Virus record (IMG/VR): IMGVR_UViG_3300022661_000051
Length of the DNA stretch: 64,000 bases
Strand: one strand, 5' to 3'
Source of the DNA: a virus
Lineage: Duplodnaviria; Caudoviricetes
In this document: piece by piece, positions 20,928 through 29,318 of the stretch
How the letters are laid out: each line of letters starts with the position of its first letter
How positions within the stretch are numbered: the stretch's first letter is position 1
Made by a program: the position numbers and the translations under genes
The notes under the pieces: generated by a model
What the model was told of the DNA's origin: nothing
The model's database searches: none
The model's input: only the letters and a program-made list of their open reading frames with translations

Positions 20928-21284
20928 CTAACTAAATATCTTTTTATTATTTCTTGGAAATCGAGGTTTGATATAATCTAAATTCATATCAAACTCTATT
21001 TGCGCTATCATAGTATGATAGCATTCATATAAACCGTCTGTTACATTTTCTATATTGCCATCATTAATACTAGAACAAGTAATGATGGTCGGTTCTATTC
21101 CAGGATGGTCAATTATAATAGATATCATACTATCTCCACCCTGTATTTGAATAGTATGTTTTTTGCCGTTTACAGTCTGAAACTCTTGTATCAGACTAGG
21201 TTTAATAACTCCTTTCTTAAATTCTTTTAATTTTTGTCGGATGATTTTTTCGAACTCATCGTGACTGATTTGATAGTACACCAT
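20928..21284 (-). CDS. hypothetical protein, first gene of a long early operon
   Basis: 118 aa, SD, TATATTAT motif at 21312-21319. Confidence 0.7.
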   Translation of the reverse strand: MVYYQISHDEFEKIIRQKLKEFKKGVIKPSLIQEFQTVNGKKHTIQIQGGDSMISIIIDHPGIEPTIITCSSINDGNIENVTDGLYECYHTMIAQIEFDMNLDYIKPRFPRNNKKIFS

Positions 21285-21311
21285 ATAAGATGCACCTCCT
21301 TTTCCATCACT

Positions 21312-21319
21312 ATAATATA
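21312..21319 (-). promoter_or_regulatory. early-type promoter TATATTAT
   Basis: Heads the 11.7-21.3 kb minus-strand gene run. Confidence 0.65.
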
Positions 21320-21337
21320 TAAATTCAGAAAATATTG

Positions 21338-21360
21338 TCGGTAGGGAATTTCCCTACCGA
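21338..21360 (-). terminator. intrinsic terminator
   Basis: TCGGTAGGGAA-t-TTCCCTACCGA. Confidence 0.75.
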
Positions 21361-21368
21361 CTCGTATA

Positions 21369-21839
21369 TTAATTCTTCTTAACGCATTTTATTCCCTTGT
21401 TAAGGAAATTCTTGATACAATTTGAGTATCTTCTCATAATACCGTAGTTATTAGAGCTTTCGAGCTGAGGAGATGTGAGTTCCTTAGCAAAACCCTCGTT
21501 CTCGAATACTACAGCAAGCTGTTCCTTCTCGAGACTATAATGCTCGCAGATAGAAGCGTGTGCATCATATTCATCCTTGATATCTTCATAAGATTCAATA
21601 AGTTTATAAAGCACATCAAATTCAACGAGATATGATTCGCAGCATGAATCAGAACCTTCGTCGCACTTCAGAATCGGAATAGCGTCGATTGTATAGTTCA
21701 TTTCTGTTGTATCAAGACCAGCAAGTGTGTCTTCGAAATCGCTTACGATAACATCGTTATCGATACAGTCTGTTGTACATACATCAGCCTTTGAAGCTTC
21801 CTTAATAATCATCATTGATGTCTGATTAAATATACTCAT
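21369..21839 (-). CDS. hypothetical acidic protein (possibly virion)
   Basis: 156 aa, SD, late operon. Confidence 0.6.
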   Translation of the reverse strand: MSIFNQTSMMIIKEASKADVCTTDCIDNDVIVSDFEDTLAGLDTTEMNYTIDAIPILKCDEGSDSCCESYLVEFDVLYKLIESYEDIKDEYDAHASICEHYSLEKEQLAVVFENEGFAKELTSPQLESSNNYGIMRRYSNCIKNFLNKGIKCVKKN

Positions 21840-21852
21840 AGTCGTTACCTCC

Positions 21853-23325
21853 TTAAGGTAAAATTTTATAGATATGTTGACATATACTATTTAGATGGGT
21901 TTTGTTTATTTCATAAATACTTTCAAAGCCTTTTGTTCTTTGCCCTGATATCGTATTTATAGCAAAATATTTATGATCCTTGAAAGATTGTACAATAGCA
22001 AGATTTTCAGTACCTTCAAGTAATGATTTCTTAAACTCGTACTTCTCTGGATCAAGAACAGGGAATAATATAGGTTTCTGTTTTATACATTCCAATTGGA
22101 ATTGTAATGTAGCCATATCGGTTTCATGTTGAACATATATCTTTTCAATGTCAATCTCTTCAAGTATTGAACTGAGTTTCAGTTGATCATCTGATAATAT
22201 TTCATCGAACTCGGTTAATAGAGTTGCAAAGTAATCTTCAGGAACTTCTTCTTCGTTTTTATACTTTGAATATACTTCTTTAAGTATAGAGCAAGAATCT
22301 CCGAGATATTTATATGAAGTCATAACAGTATTCTCGTCAAAGATATCTTCAGCTTTTTCTCTTTTAATCTTACCCTCATCCGATACAGTAAGAATATATT
22401 CTGAAGTTATATCATTTGACAGCGCATACTTTGACTTCTTTCGAGTATTTCTTTCATTTGACATATAATTAATGACATATGTATGCATAGGAGTATCAAC
22501 GCCGACGGGCATTCCACCAATAGCTCCAACAGCCATATGTTCATGAATACGAGATATAGTCTTAGGATCTTCGTCTCCCATATACGCTTCTTTCAGTTCA
22601 GCAAATATAGTAAGAAGTTGCACGAATTCATTATTAGTAAGACGTATATAGTTATATACACCTTGATCAGTAATGAACTTCTCTTTCTGTTCCTGTTTAG
22701 CTCTATATTCCGGCATTTCTCTGTTGTTCTTATTATCTCCACCATCTTTAATATCGAATACGAGATTATATGGGAGATAAATAGCATCAGTTATCCAAGT
22801 TCTTTTAACACCATTGATTTCATATTCAATCTTTGGTCCTGGAGTTAAAAGATCTTCCGAATCTATATTCAGAACAGTATCGCAAAATTCTAAGAACTTT
22901 CGTTCATAAGATCCTACATATGTTTTATAAGTTCCATCAGACCATCTATACTTACCAGAGATTCCTCTATTGGCAAGCATCTTATTTTCTTGCCATTCAG
23001 GATCATCCAATAGTGTAGTTTTACCATGAACTCTAAGCATATTCTTTTCATATTGCTGTCTAGCTTCTGCTTTACAGGCATTGGAGCAATATGCTTCATA
23101 TCTTACATTCTTTTCATCCCAGTTTGTATGCTTCTTACAGATTCGACATAATCCGAATCCTGCTCCAACTGGTTCTTTCTTATTACATAAATCAAACACG
23201 ATTCTATTAGCAGTATAGCCTTTATCATTATTCAGCATATCAGAATGGTGTTTATCTATATGAGAACTTAACTTGTTCCGTTCTGCCATTTTACCACAGT
23301 ACGGACAACGATATTTTCGAGCCAT
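21853..23325 (-). CDS. zinc-finger plus PD-(D/E)xK nuclease (TnsA / T4 gp4 head-completion-like)
   Basis: C2H2 CPYC..HIDKHH, second CRIC..YCSNAC, then GSYERKFLEFCD..KIEY..WITD..FDIKDG; late-type motif at 23354-23366. Confidence 0.6.
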   Translation of the reverse strand: MARKYRCPYCGKMAERNKLSSHIDKHHSDMLNNDKGYTANRIVFDLCNKKEPVGAGFGLCRICKKHTNWDEKNVRYEAYCSNACKAEARQQYEKNMLRVHGKTTLLDDPEWQENKMLANRGISGKYRWSDGTYKTYVGSYERKFLEFCDTVLNIDSEDLLTPGPKIEYEINGVKRTWITDAIYLPYNLVFDIKDGGDNKNNREMPEYRAKQEQKEKFITDQGVYNYIRLTNNEFVQLLTIFAELKEAYMGDEDPKTISRIHEHMAVGAIGGMPVGVDTPMHTYVINYMSNERNTRKKSKYALSNDITSEYILTVSDEGKIKREKAEDIFDENTVMTSYKYLGDSCSILKEVYSKYKNEEEVPEDYFATLLTEFDEILSDDQLKLSSILEEIDIEKIYVQHETDMATLQFQLECIKQKPILFPVLDPEKYEFKKSLLEGTENLAIVQSFKDHKYFAINTISGQRTKGFESIYEINKTHLNSICQHIYKILP

Positions 23326-23443
23326 GAGATTTCTCCTTTCTCGAGTAATTTAATTATTTAAATGTTCTTGGGTTAAAATATTGAGCGTTTGATAAAGTCA
23401 AGAGTTTAAGTTGTATATTATAATAGTGTAAAGGAGGTATATT

Positions 23444-23611
23444 ATGAATTTATTCTTAAACATTTTGGCAGGATGTAGCCTGCTAGTGCTAATTATTGCC
23501 TTTATATGGGCATTAGCGCTAAGCGCAAATCCTGGATCTGCCGATCCAGAATTTGATGAAAGGATCAAGGAGTTACAAAATCTCCTTGATTCAAGAGAAG
23601 ACCTGGAATAA
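23444..23611 (+). CDS. small membrane protein (55 aa; not in ORF track)
   Basis: TATATTAT at 23414-23421, AAGGAGG SD, MNLFLNILAGCSLLVLIIAFIWALALS... Confidence 0.65.
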   Translation: MNLFLNILAGCSLLVLIIAFIWALALSANPGSADPEFDERIKELQNLLDSREDLE

Positions 23612-23658
23612 TCCGGGTCTTTATTTTTTCTCATTTAGTAATTTTTTATTATAAAATA

Positions 23659-23737
23659 AACATCTATGTAATAGAGGAGCAGGGGATGGAGGGAGCATAT
23701 AATTAATTACAATAATCAGGAGCGGAGGAAAGAGGGA
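23659..23737 (+). promoter_or_regulatory. late-type promoter plus two period-8 GGA leader elements
   Basis: AACA-TCTATG-TAA, then GGA at 23676/23684/23692 and 23719/23727/23735. Confidence 0.55.
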
Positions 23738-23739
23738 CA

Positions 23740-23844
23740 ATGATAACAATTGCAGGAATAGGTACAATAGTATTACTTAATGCATTACCCCTAATACCAT
23801 TACTTAAAATATTGATCAATAAAAAAGATAATATAAACGAATAA
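23740..23844 (+). CDS. putative 34-aa hydrophobic peptide
   Basis: MITIAGIGTIVLLNALPLIPLLKILINKKDNINE*, followed by terminator GAAACAGGGA-tta-TCCCTGTTTC-TTTTTT. Confidence 0.4.
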   Translation: MITIAGIGTIVLLNALPLIPLLKILINKKDNINE

Positions 23845-23939
23845 TATTTAGAAACAGGGATTATCCCTGTTTCTTTTTTGTTCCTTCAGATAGAGGAACT
23901 TTATAATAAATCAATCCCTATATAAGGAGGTCAGAATAT

Positions 23940-25136
23940 ATGGGTGGTAAATTTATCAATAAATCTTATGTCAATGCTATAGATACTTTAACCAAAGGTA
24001 CTATTGACAGAGTACAAAATGCCAATTATATTTATAATAATCACAAACCAGTAGTATCTACTTGGTTTAATATGAATAAAGAAGGAACAACTTTCGATGA
24101 AGCTACCAGAGCTGAATATGTTCAGCTTGGTAAATTAAGCCCAATTAAATTCAATCAGATATCCGATGCAGTATTCTATTCTTCAGGTATTAAGATTGAA
24201 CTTGATGTAGATTATAATGAAGAAGGTTTAGGAGTAAATAACCTTCCAAATATCGGAGGAATTGTTCTTCCTAATACATGGATACCATATGCAGGAGATT
24301 ACTTTATTATCAATCATATGCAAAAAGATTGGTTATATAAAGTCACTGCAGTATCTTTTGATACTATCGATAATGGTAACAACATCTACAAGTTCGAAGC
24401 TTCTCTTGATCAAATGGATTCTTCTCAATTACGTTCTCAAGTTGTTTCTAAATACAGGATGGTAATAAACAATGTTGGAACGTCATATAATGCTGTAATT
24501 ACTGAAGAGGTTTATAACAGTGTCGAAACTATAGATACTATATTAGACTCTCTGAAGGATTACTATATAGCATTATTTTACAATGAACGAGTTCAGACAT
24601 TTACATATCAAGGATATTATGGAAAACTCTATGATCCTTACATGATTGAATTCATTATGCGTAATAATCTTCTGGAAGGATCTTCTCAATACATTTATGC
24701 ACAACATGAAGTTCCGGTCCCTAAAACATTTTGTATAGATTATAATCAGACCTATTTCCGTGCACTTGAGAACAAGTCTTTAGATTTGTTTAACAATAAT
24801 TTCTGTTCTGCATCTCTAATAGACAATCAATATAGCCTTTTCTCTTGTGTAATGGATGATTACTTTATGATATCATACTCTGGTCTTGGAATTCAAAAAT
24901 TCCAAACTCTTGATAGTGAATTAGTATCAAGAGTTAAGGAGAATAAAGAATACACAGATGGAGAACCTGAATCTTATTACAATATCATTATCAGATATTT
25001 CAATTCTGAGAATATTGGAAACGATATAATCTCTTATCTGGAAAATATAAAGTTCGAACCAACAAGTAAACTTTTCTATGCTATTCCAATGATAATATAT
25101 ATCCTTGAGAAAAACGTTGAAAATCTAATGTCGTAA
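23940..25136 (+). CDS. putative virion neck/head-completion protein
   Basis: IPYAGDYFII..LYKVTAV motif reminiscent of T4 gp14-type neck proteins; late-type motif at 23897-23909. Confidence 0.45.
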   Translation: MGGKFINKSYVNAIDTLTKGTIDRVQNANYIYNNHKPVVSTWFNMNKEGTTFDEATRAEYVQLGKLSPIKFNQISDAVFYSSGIKIELDVDYNEEGLGVNNLPNIGGIVLPNTWIPYAGDYFIINHMQKDWLYKVTAVSFDTIDNGNNIYKFEASLDQMDSSQLRSQVVSKYRMVINNVGTSYNAVITEEVYNSVETIDTILDSLKDYYIALFYNERVQTFTYQGYYGKLYDPYMIEFIMRNNLLEGSSQYIYAQHEVPVPKTFCIDYNQTYFRALENKSLDLFNNNFCSASLIDNQYSLFSCVMDDYFMISYSGLGIQKFQTLDSELVSRVKENKEYTDGEPESYYNIIIRYFNSENIGNDIISYLENIKFEPTSKLFYAIPMIIYILEKNVENLMS

Positions 25137-25173
25137 CATACTAATAATTTAATCTCTATAAAGGAGGGTTAAT

Positions 25174-25590
25174 ATGAATAGAATATGTGAAGATATGATC
25201 GAAGAATGTCTTAACGAGTTCGACGAAATAGATGATGAAATATATTCAGAATCTGTGCTTTGGCTCGTAGACGATTATATCGATTCTCATATCACTGAAT
25301 GTATGAGCAATATATTTACATCTGACAGTGAAACTACTGTTTACGATGCATTATCTAATTTTGTATCGATACTCAACAATACAGATGATTCTGGATCCGA
25401 TACAGACTCTGACTATAGCATGACAGCCATAGCTCCAGAGGTTTATACAGATGATACCATCGATGTCGAAGATTTAAGAGATGAGTTTGTACAGAATACT
25501 ATCTACACAAGCGTTCATGCAAATGTAATCGATGGAGAATTCTTCGAACCCGATCATAGTTACGATTCAATATTTGGCGACAGCCAGTAA
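25174..25590 (+). CDS. highly acidic hypothetical protein
   Basis: 138 aa, D/E-rich, late-type motif at 25135-25147. Confidence 0.7.
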   Translation: MNRICEDMIEECLNEFDEIDDEIYSESVLWLVDDYIDSHITECMSNIFTSDSETTVYDALSNFVSILNNTDDSGSDTDSDYSMTAIAPEVYTDDTIDVEDLRDEFVQNTIYTSVHANVIDGEFFEPDHSYDSIFGDSQ

Positions 25591-25602
25591 GGAGGAAATA
25601 AT

Positions 25603-25965
25603 ATGGATGAATATATTGCAGATATTTTAGATAGCCAGAGATTTCTGGCTCTTGAAGAAGCAGTAGACGAATACATATCTGGCGAAAATGATCTTATAGC
25701 CGAATGTACTACTGCAGCTGATAGATTCGTTGATACAGCAATTGACGGTATCAGCAATGAAGAGCTCGACGCTATGATTGATGCAGATGCGGACGGGCTT
25801 GAAGATTATATAGAGGGAGAGACCGATGCTCTTGTCGAAATGGACGATGAAATCGGATTAACTCCTGAAGAAGCTGCGGAGCTTAACGATGTAAATGCAA
25901 TGCTCGATCTCGAGCCTGAAGTTGATGTTCTTGCAGATGAATACGACGACTGTGATGTCGAATAA
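25603..25965 (+). CDS. highly acidic hypothetical protein
   Basis: 120 aa, very D/E-rich, no Lys, SD. Confidence 0.7.
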   Translation: MDEYIADILDSQRFLALEEAVDEYISGENDLIAECTTAADRFVDTAIDGISNEELDAMIDADADGLEDYIEGETDALVEMDDEIGLTPEEAAELNDVNAMLDLEPEVDVLADEYDDCDVE

Positions 25966-25979
25966 GGAGGAAAAATAAA

Positions 25980-26486
25980 ATGGTAAGATATATGAACCCA
26001 GACGAAACTAAGTACTGTAAGGTTGTCGTAAGACATATTCCTATAGTACTTGAAAATATCCTTGCAAAATTTTCAACAGTATATCGTCATCTTACAGCTA
26101 GTCAGATTCTTATCTGTCTTACAAACGGAGCTTTTGTTGGCGAAGTTATTAATGGTAAAATTGTAGAAATCACAAAAGAGAACTACAATATCATTGAAGT
26201 TAATGACGAGGAAGAAATAATAGCTGAAGAATCTGTTGATGATGAGGAAGTTGATGACGAAATTCTCGAAGAGTCAGATAAAGAAGACGCCGAGGAAGAG
26301 ATCGAAACTCCTGAACCTGTAACAACAGCAGCAGAGCCTATTAAGATCATTCCTGTCATAAAGCAGGAAGAACCTGTTCCTGCCGAGGAAGAGGAGGAAG
26401 AAATCGGCGAGACCGATGAAGAAGAATTCGAAAGACTTTTCGAAGAAGAACTCGCCAAAGAAGAAGCTGAAAAGGATAACGAATAA
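25980..26486 (+). CDS. hypothetical protein with acidic C-terminal tail
   Basis: 168 aa, SD. Confidence 0.7.
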   Translation: MVRYMNPDETKYCKVVVRHIPIVLENILAKFSTVYRHLTASQILICLTNGAFVGEVINGKIVEITKENYNIIEVNDEEEIIAEESVDDEEVDDEILEESDKEDAEEEIETPEPVTTAAEPIKIIPVIKQEEPVPAEEEEEEIGETDEEEFERLFEEELAKEEAEKDNE

Positions 26487-26490
26487 AAAA

Positions 26491-26827
26491 ATAAAGGTGG
26501 GATCGATCCCACCTTTATTTCTTTCGGTTGAATTCTAAGTTTATAAACTTAGAATTCGGCTCCGATACAATCGAAATCACCCATATCCTATCCTCCTTTC
26601 TTTTTGGATTTTGGGGATTTCGATTGCGCTACCAATCGTCAAAATTTATATAGTACCCTACCCTGATAGGGTAGGGTACTTTTTCATATACCATATAACA
26701 CCTCCTTATGGTATATAAATTTACTTTCTGCTGGGTTCATTTCGGTCTACCCAGAAAGCAGAAAGCATTGAATAGAATATATATAGAAAGATTTACATAT
26801 ATTCTATTATTACACTTTTATAGTATA
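26491..26827 (-). other. hairpin-dense locus: candidate structured RNA carrying two SD-led micro-ORFs
   Basis: About seven consecutive inverted repeats; TATACTAT early-like motif at 26820-26827; micro-ORFs 26629..26694 (21 aa) and 26549..26584 (11 aa). Confidence 0.45.
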
Positions 26828-26848
26828 TAATTCAAATAACGAATTTTA

Positions 26849-28666
26849 TCAAAATACCGGATCTACCAATTTAACCGACGGATCTGGCTGGTTAGTTATT
26901 TCATATATTGCAAGGAGACACTCCTTTGAAACAGTTCTTGGCGATTTACCATCCATACCAATCATCTGAATCTTTGAAGTTGCAACTTTTCGACATTCAG
27001 CATTCGCTTCAACCGTATATACTGGTTTGATAATAGCGGTATCTCCATCGTAGTCAAGGCTCATTACTTCAATGAGACCATTTGAAATACTAAGAGTATC
27101 ATCAAATAATGGAGATGTATTAGAACCGATATCTTCTTTTTTAATACTTGGATACCAGCGATAAAGTTTACCGTTAATAACAACAGGTTCTGTTTTAACA
27201 GTAGATTTAATATTTACTTGACTTGGGAACTGGTTAAGATATGAATCTATAGGGAATCTAGTAATAAGAACCATCTTATCTTCAGTCATTTCACAAGCAG
27301 CCATATAGAACAGATCACACCATGTAAGAGGTCTTTCAAACCCAGGAGTATCCTCTATATTCACTTTATTTTCTAGATAATCCCTTGGATCTACTCTATG
27401 ACCTATAAGCTGAAGATACAAATTGTCGAGATTAACATTTAGCTTCTTTTCTTTTAATATTTTAACACAAGCTGCTCTATCCAGAGGAATAGAGATAGGA
27501 ACGAAACGATTAGAATAACCATGGATAAATCTCTCAATTTCTTTATCTATCTCTATATCAGAGAATTTGATCTGATAATCTTCAAGAGGAAGATTAATAA
27601 CCTCGCCAGATTTGAGTTTAACAGGATACTCCATAACTCCAGCAAATTGATTTTCGAAGAATCGTCTTAACCAGAAAACGATAAATGGCTTAAAGTTACA
27701 TAATGCTGCAGCTAATGGAAGAGCAGCATGATCCATATCAACCATCATATCATCGATATCTTCAACTTTAAGCTGAGGAGCAGACATTACAAGACGTACT
27801 GAATAGTCTATAGTCTTATACATAATACCCTTCTTAATAAGACCAGTTTTACCAGGAAGGTTACCAGAAGTTTTATTACCTCCAATAGTCGTACCAGTTC
27901 CAAACCAATCATATATTTGAGTAAGTGTTGTTTGTATACGTCCCTTAGTAGAGTCTGCTAACGACAATCCATAATCGGCATTTTCTTTAACCGCTTTAGA
28001 AGCGATAATAAGCTGGGAATATAATTTGTTTATTTCTCCAACGCCTATACTTGCCTGTTTAGTATCAACGTCTCTATACGCTGCAGGAATTACGATATAT
28101 TTATTAATCCACATCTTATCTTTATTAGCTTCAATGAATTTGATCTTGGTGTTTCTAGCGGTCGATTCGGTCTTCTTCCATTTAATCTTATCAAAGTTCT
28201 TTTTAAACCAATCGATACCAGTATCACCATCATCATCCTGAACAATTTCTCCATTACTATTGATAATGAATGCATCAGTACCATGAATAATCTCTCCGAC
28301 TTTAGAATTAAGACGAAGAAGTGTTTTATAACATAATGGATTAATATACCATCCACCAAGATCTATATAACCGAATATACCCTGTCGTTCGGCTTTTGTT
28401 ATACCAAATATTTCGTTAGATAAAAGACCTTCTGGTGATGGAGTAGGACCGTTGAAAAATACCGGATCTGTTATGGGCTTAAGATCGTTCGCTTTAACGA
28501 ATCGATCTACATCGATAATTTCAATACGAAATTTTTTATTACTGGAATCAACACCGGCTTCATTCATTATTACATTACCGTCGTCATCGACAGTAGAGCT
28601 TTCGAATATAGCATCGACATCTGTATTTCCGAGATATACCATATCTCTCATTAATGAACTTAACAT
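26849..28666 (-). CDS. second phage RNA polymerase beta' N-terminal half, catalytic (probably virion RNAP)
   Basis: EGLLSNEIFG, FGYIDL, VIPAAYRD, GKTGLIK, ITRFPI, catalytic SLDYDGD; lacks the Zn ribbon; late-like motif at 28696-28708. Confidence 0.92.
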   Translation of the reverse strand: MLSSLMRDMVYLGNTDVDAIFESSTVDDDGNVIMNEAGVDSSNKKFRIEIIDVDRFVKANDLKPITDPVFFNGPTPSPEGLLSNEIFGITKAERQGIFGYIDLGGWYINPLCYKTLLRLNSKVGEIIHGTDAFIINSNGEIVQDDDGDTGIDWFKKNFDKIKWKKTESTARNTKIKFIEANKDKMWINKYIVIPAAYRDVDTKQASIGVGEINKLYSQLIIASKAVKENADYGLSLADSTKGRIQTTLTQIYDWFGTGTTIGGNKTSGNLPGKTGLIKKGIMYKTIDYSVRLVMSAPQLKVEDIDDMMVDMDHAALPLAAALCNFKPFIVFWLRRFFENQFAGVMEYPVKLKSGEVINLPLEDYQIKFSDIEIDKEIERFIHGYSNRFVPISIPLDRAACVKILKEKKLNVNLDNLYLQLIGHRVDPRDYLENKVNIEDTPGFERPLTWCDLFYMAACEMTEDKMVLITRFPIDSYLNQFPSQVNIKSTVKTEPVVINGKLYRWYPSIKKEDIGSNTSPLFDDTLSISNGLIEVMSLDYDGDTAIIKPVYTVEANAECRKVATSKIQMIGMDGKSPRTVSKECLLAIYEITNQPDPSVKLVDPVF

Positions 28667-28756
28667 GAGGGTTCCTCCTATTCAATAAAATTCTATTATT
28701 ATAATGTGCAAAGTTTTTTAAAAAAATAGGAGAGGGAATATCCCTCTCCCATATTT

Positions 28757-29077
28757 TTAACTACACTGTTGTATACGAATAGAAAACGAATTATTATCTG
28801 TATTCTCAGGAATACTGATATAGTAATTGATACCATATAATTTTATAATCGGCTCTTCTTTGATTTTATTACGAAGATTTTGTAATACATCATGATCAGC
28901 TTCTGATATAGATGCAATATTATAATTAATAGTAGTATCGTTTTCCTTTATCGACTGCACTTCTCTATCAAGATTTCCTAAAAATGAATATGCAATTATA
29001 TGCTGATCGATAAAATTGATTATATAATCCGCAAGGTCCATACCAACAGTAGTTTTTGCAAAAGTTATAAGTGACAT
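28757..29077 (-). CDS. hypothetical protein
   Basis: 106 aa ORF in the baseplate operon. Confidence 0.65.
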   Translation of the reverse strand: MSLITFAKTTVGMDLADYIINFIDQHIIAYSFLGNLDREVQSIKENDTTINYNIASISEADHDVLQNLRNKIKEEPIIKLYGINYYISIPENTDNNSFSIRIQQCS

Positions 29078-29078
29078 G

Positions 29079-29318
29079 TTATGGTATTAACCCTCCTTCT
29101 TCTAAGGCATCTTGTGCAGCATCAGCTTGGATCTCTTGTTGTCCTTCTTCAGACTGGCTCTTTTCATATGCAATCTTATATAATATCTGAAAAATATCAC
29201 ACGGCATATTTAAGAGTTCCATAAACGATATTCGTCCTTTGTAGAACGTTGAGAGACGTTCTACTTTTTCGATATCTGATAATAGCGACCCAGCTGATGA
29301 CGAGTAAAAAGCATAGCT
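29079..29318 (-). CDS. -1 frame extension of the tail/baseplate chaperone (gpGT- / gp51-like)
   Basis: Open frame ...EKVERLSTFYKGRISFMELLNMPCDIF..., overlaps the end of 29261..30982, has no start codon in the overlap and stops just before the next ATG. Confidence 0.55.
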   Translation of the reverse strand, partial: SYAFYSSSAGSLLSDIEKVERLSTFYKGRISFMELLNMPCDIFQILYKIAYEKSQSEEGQQEIQADAAQDALEEGGLIP

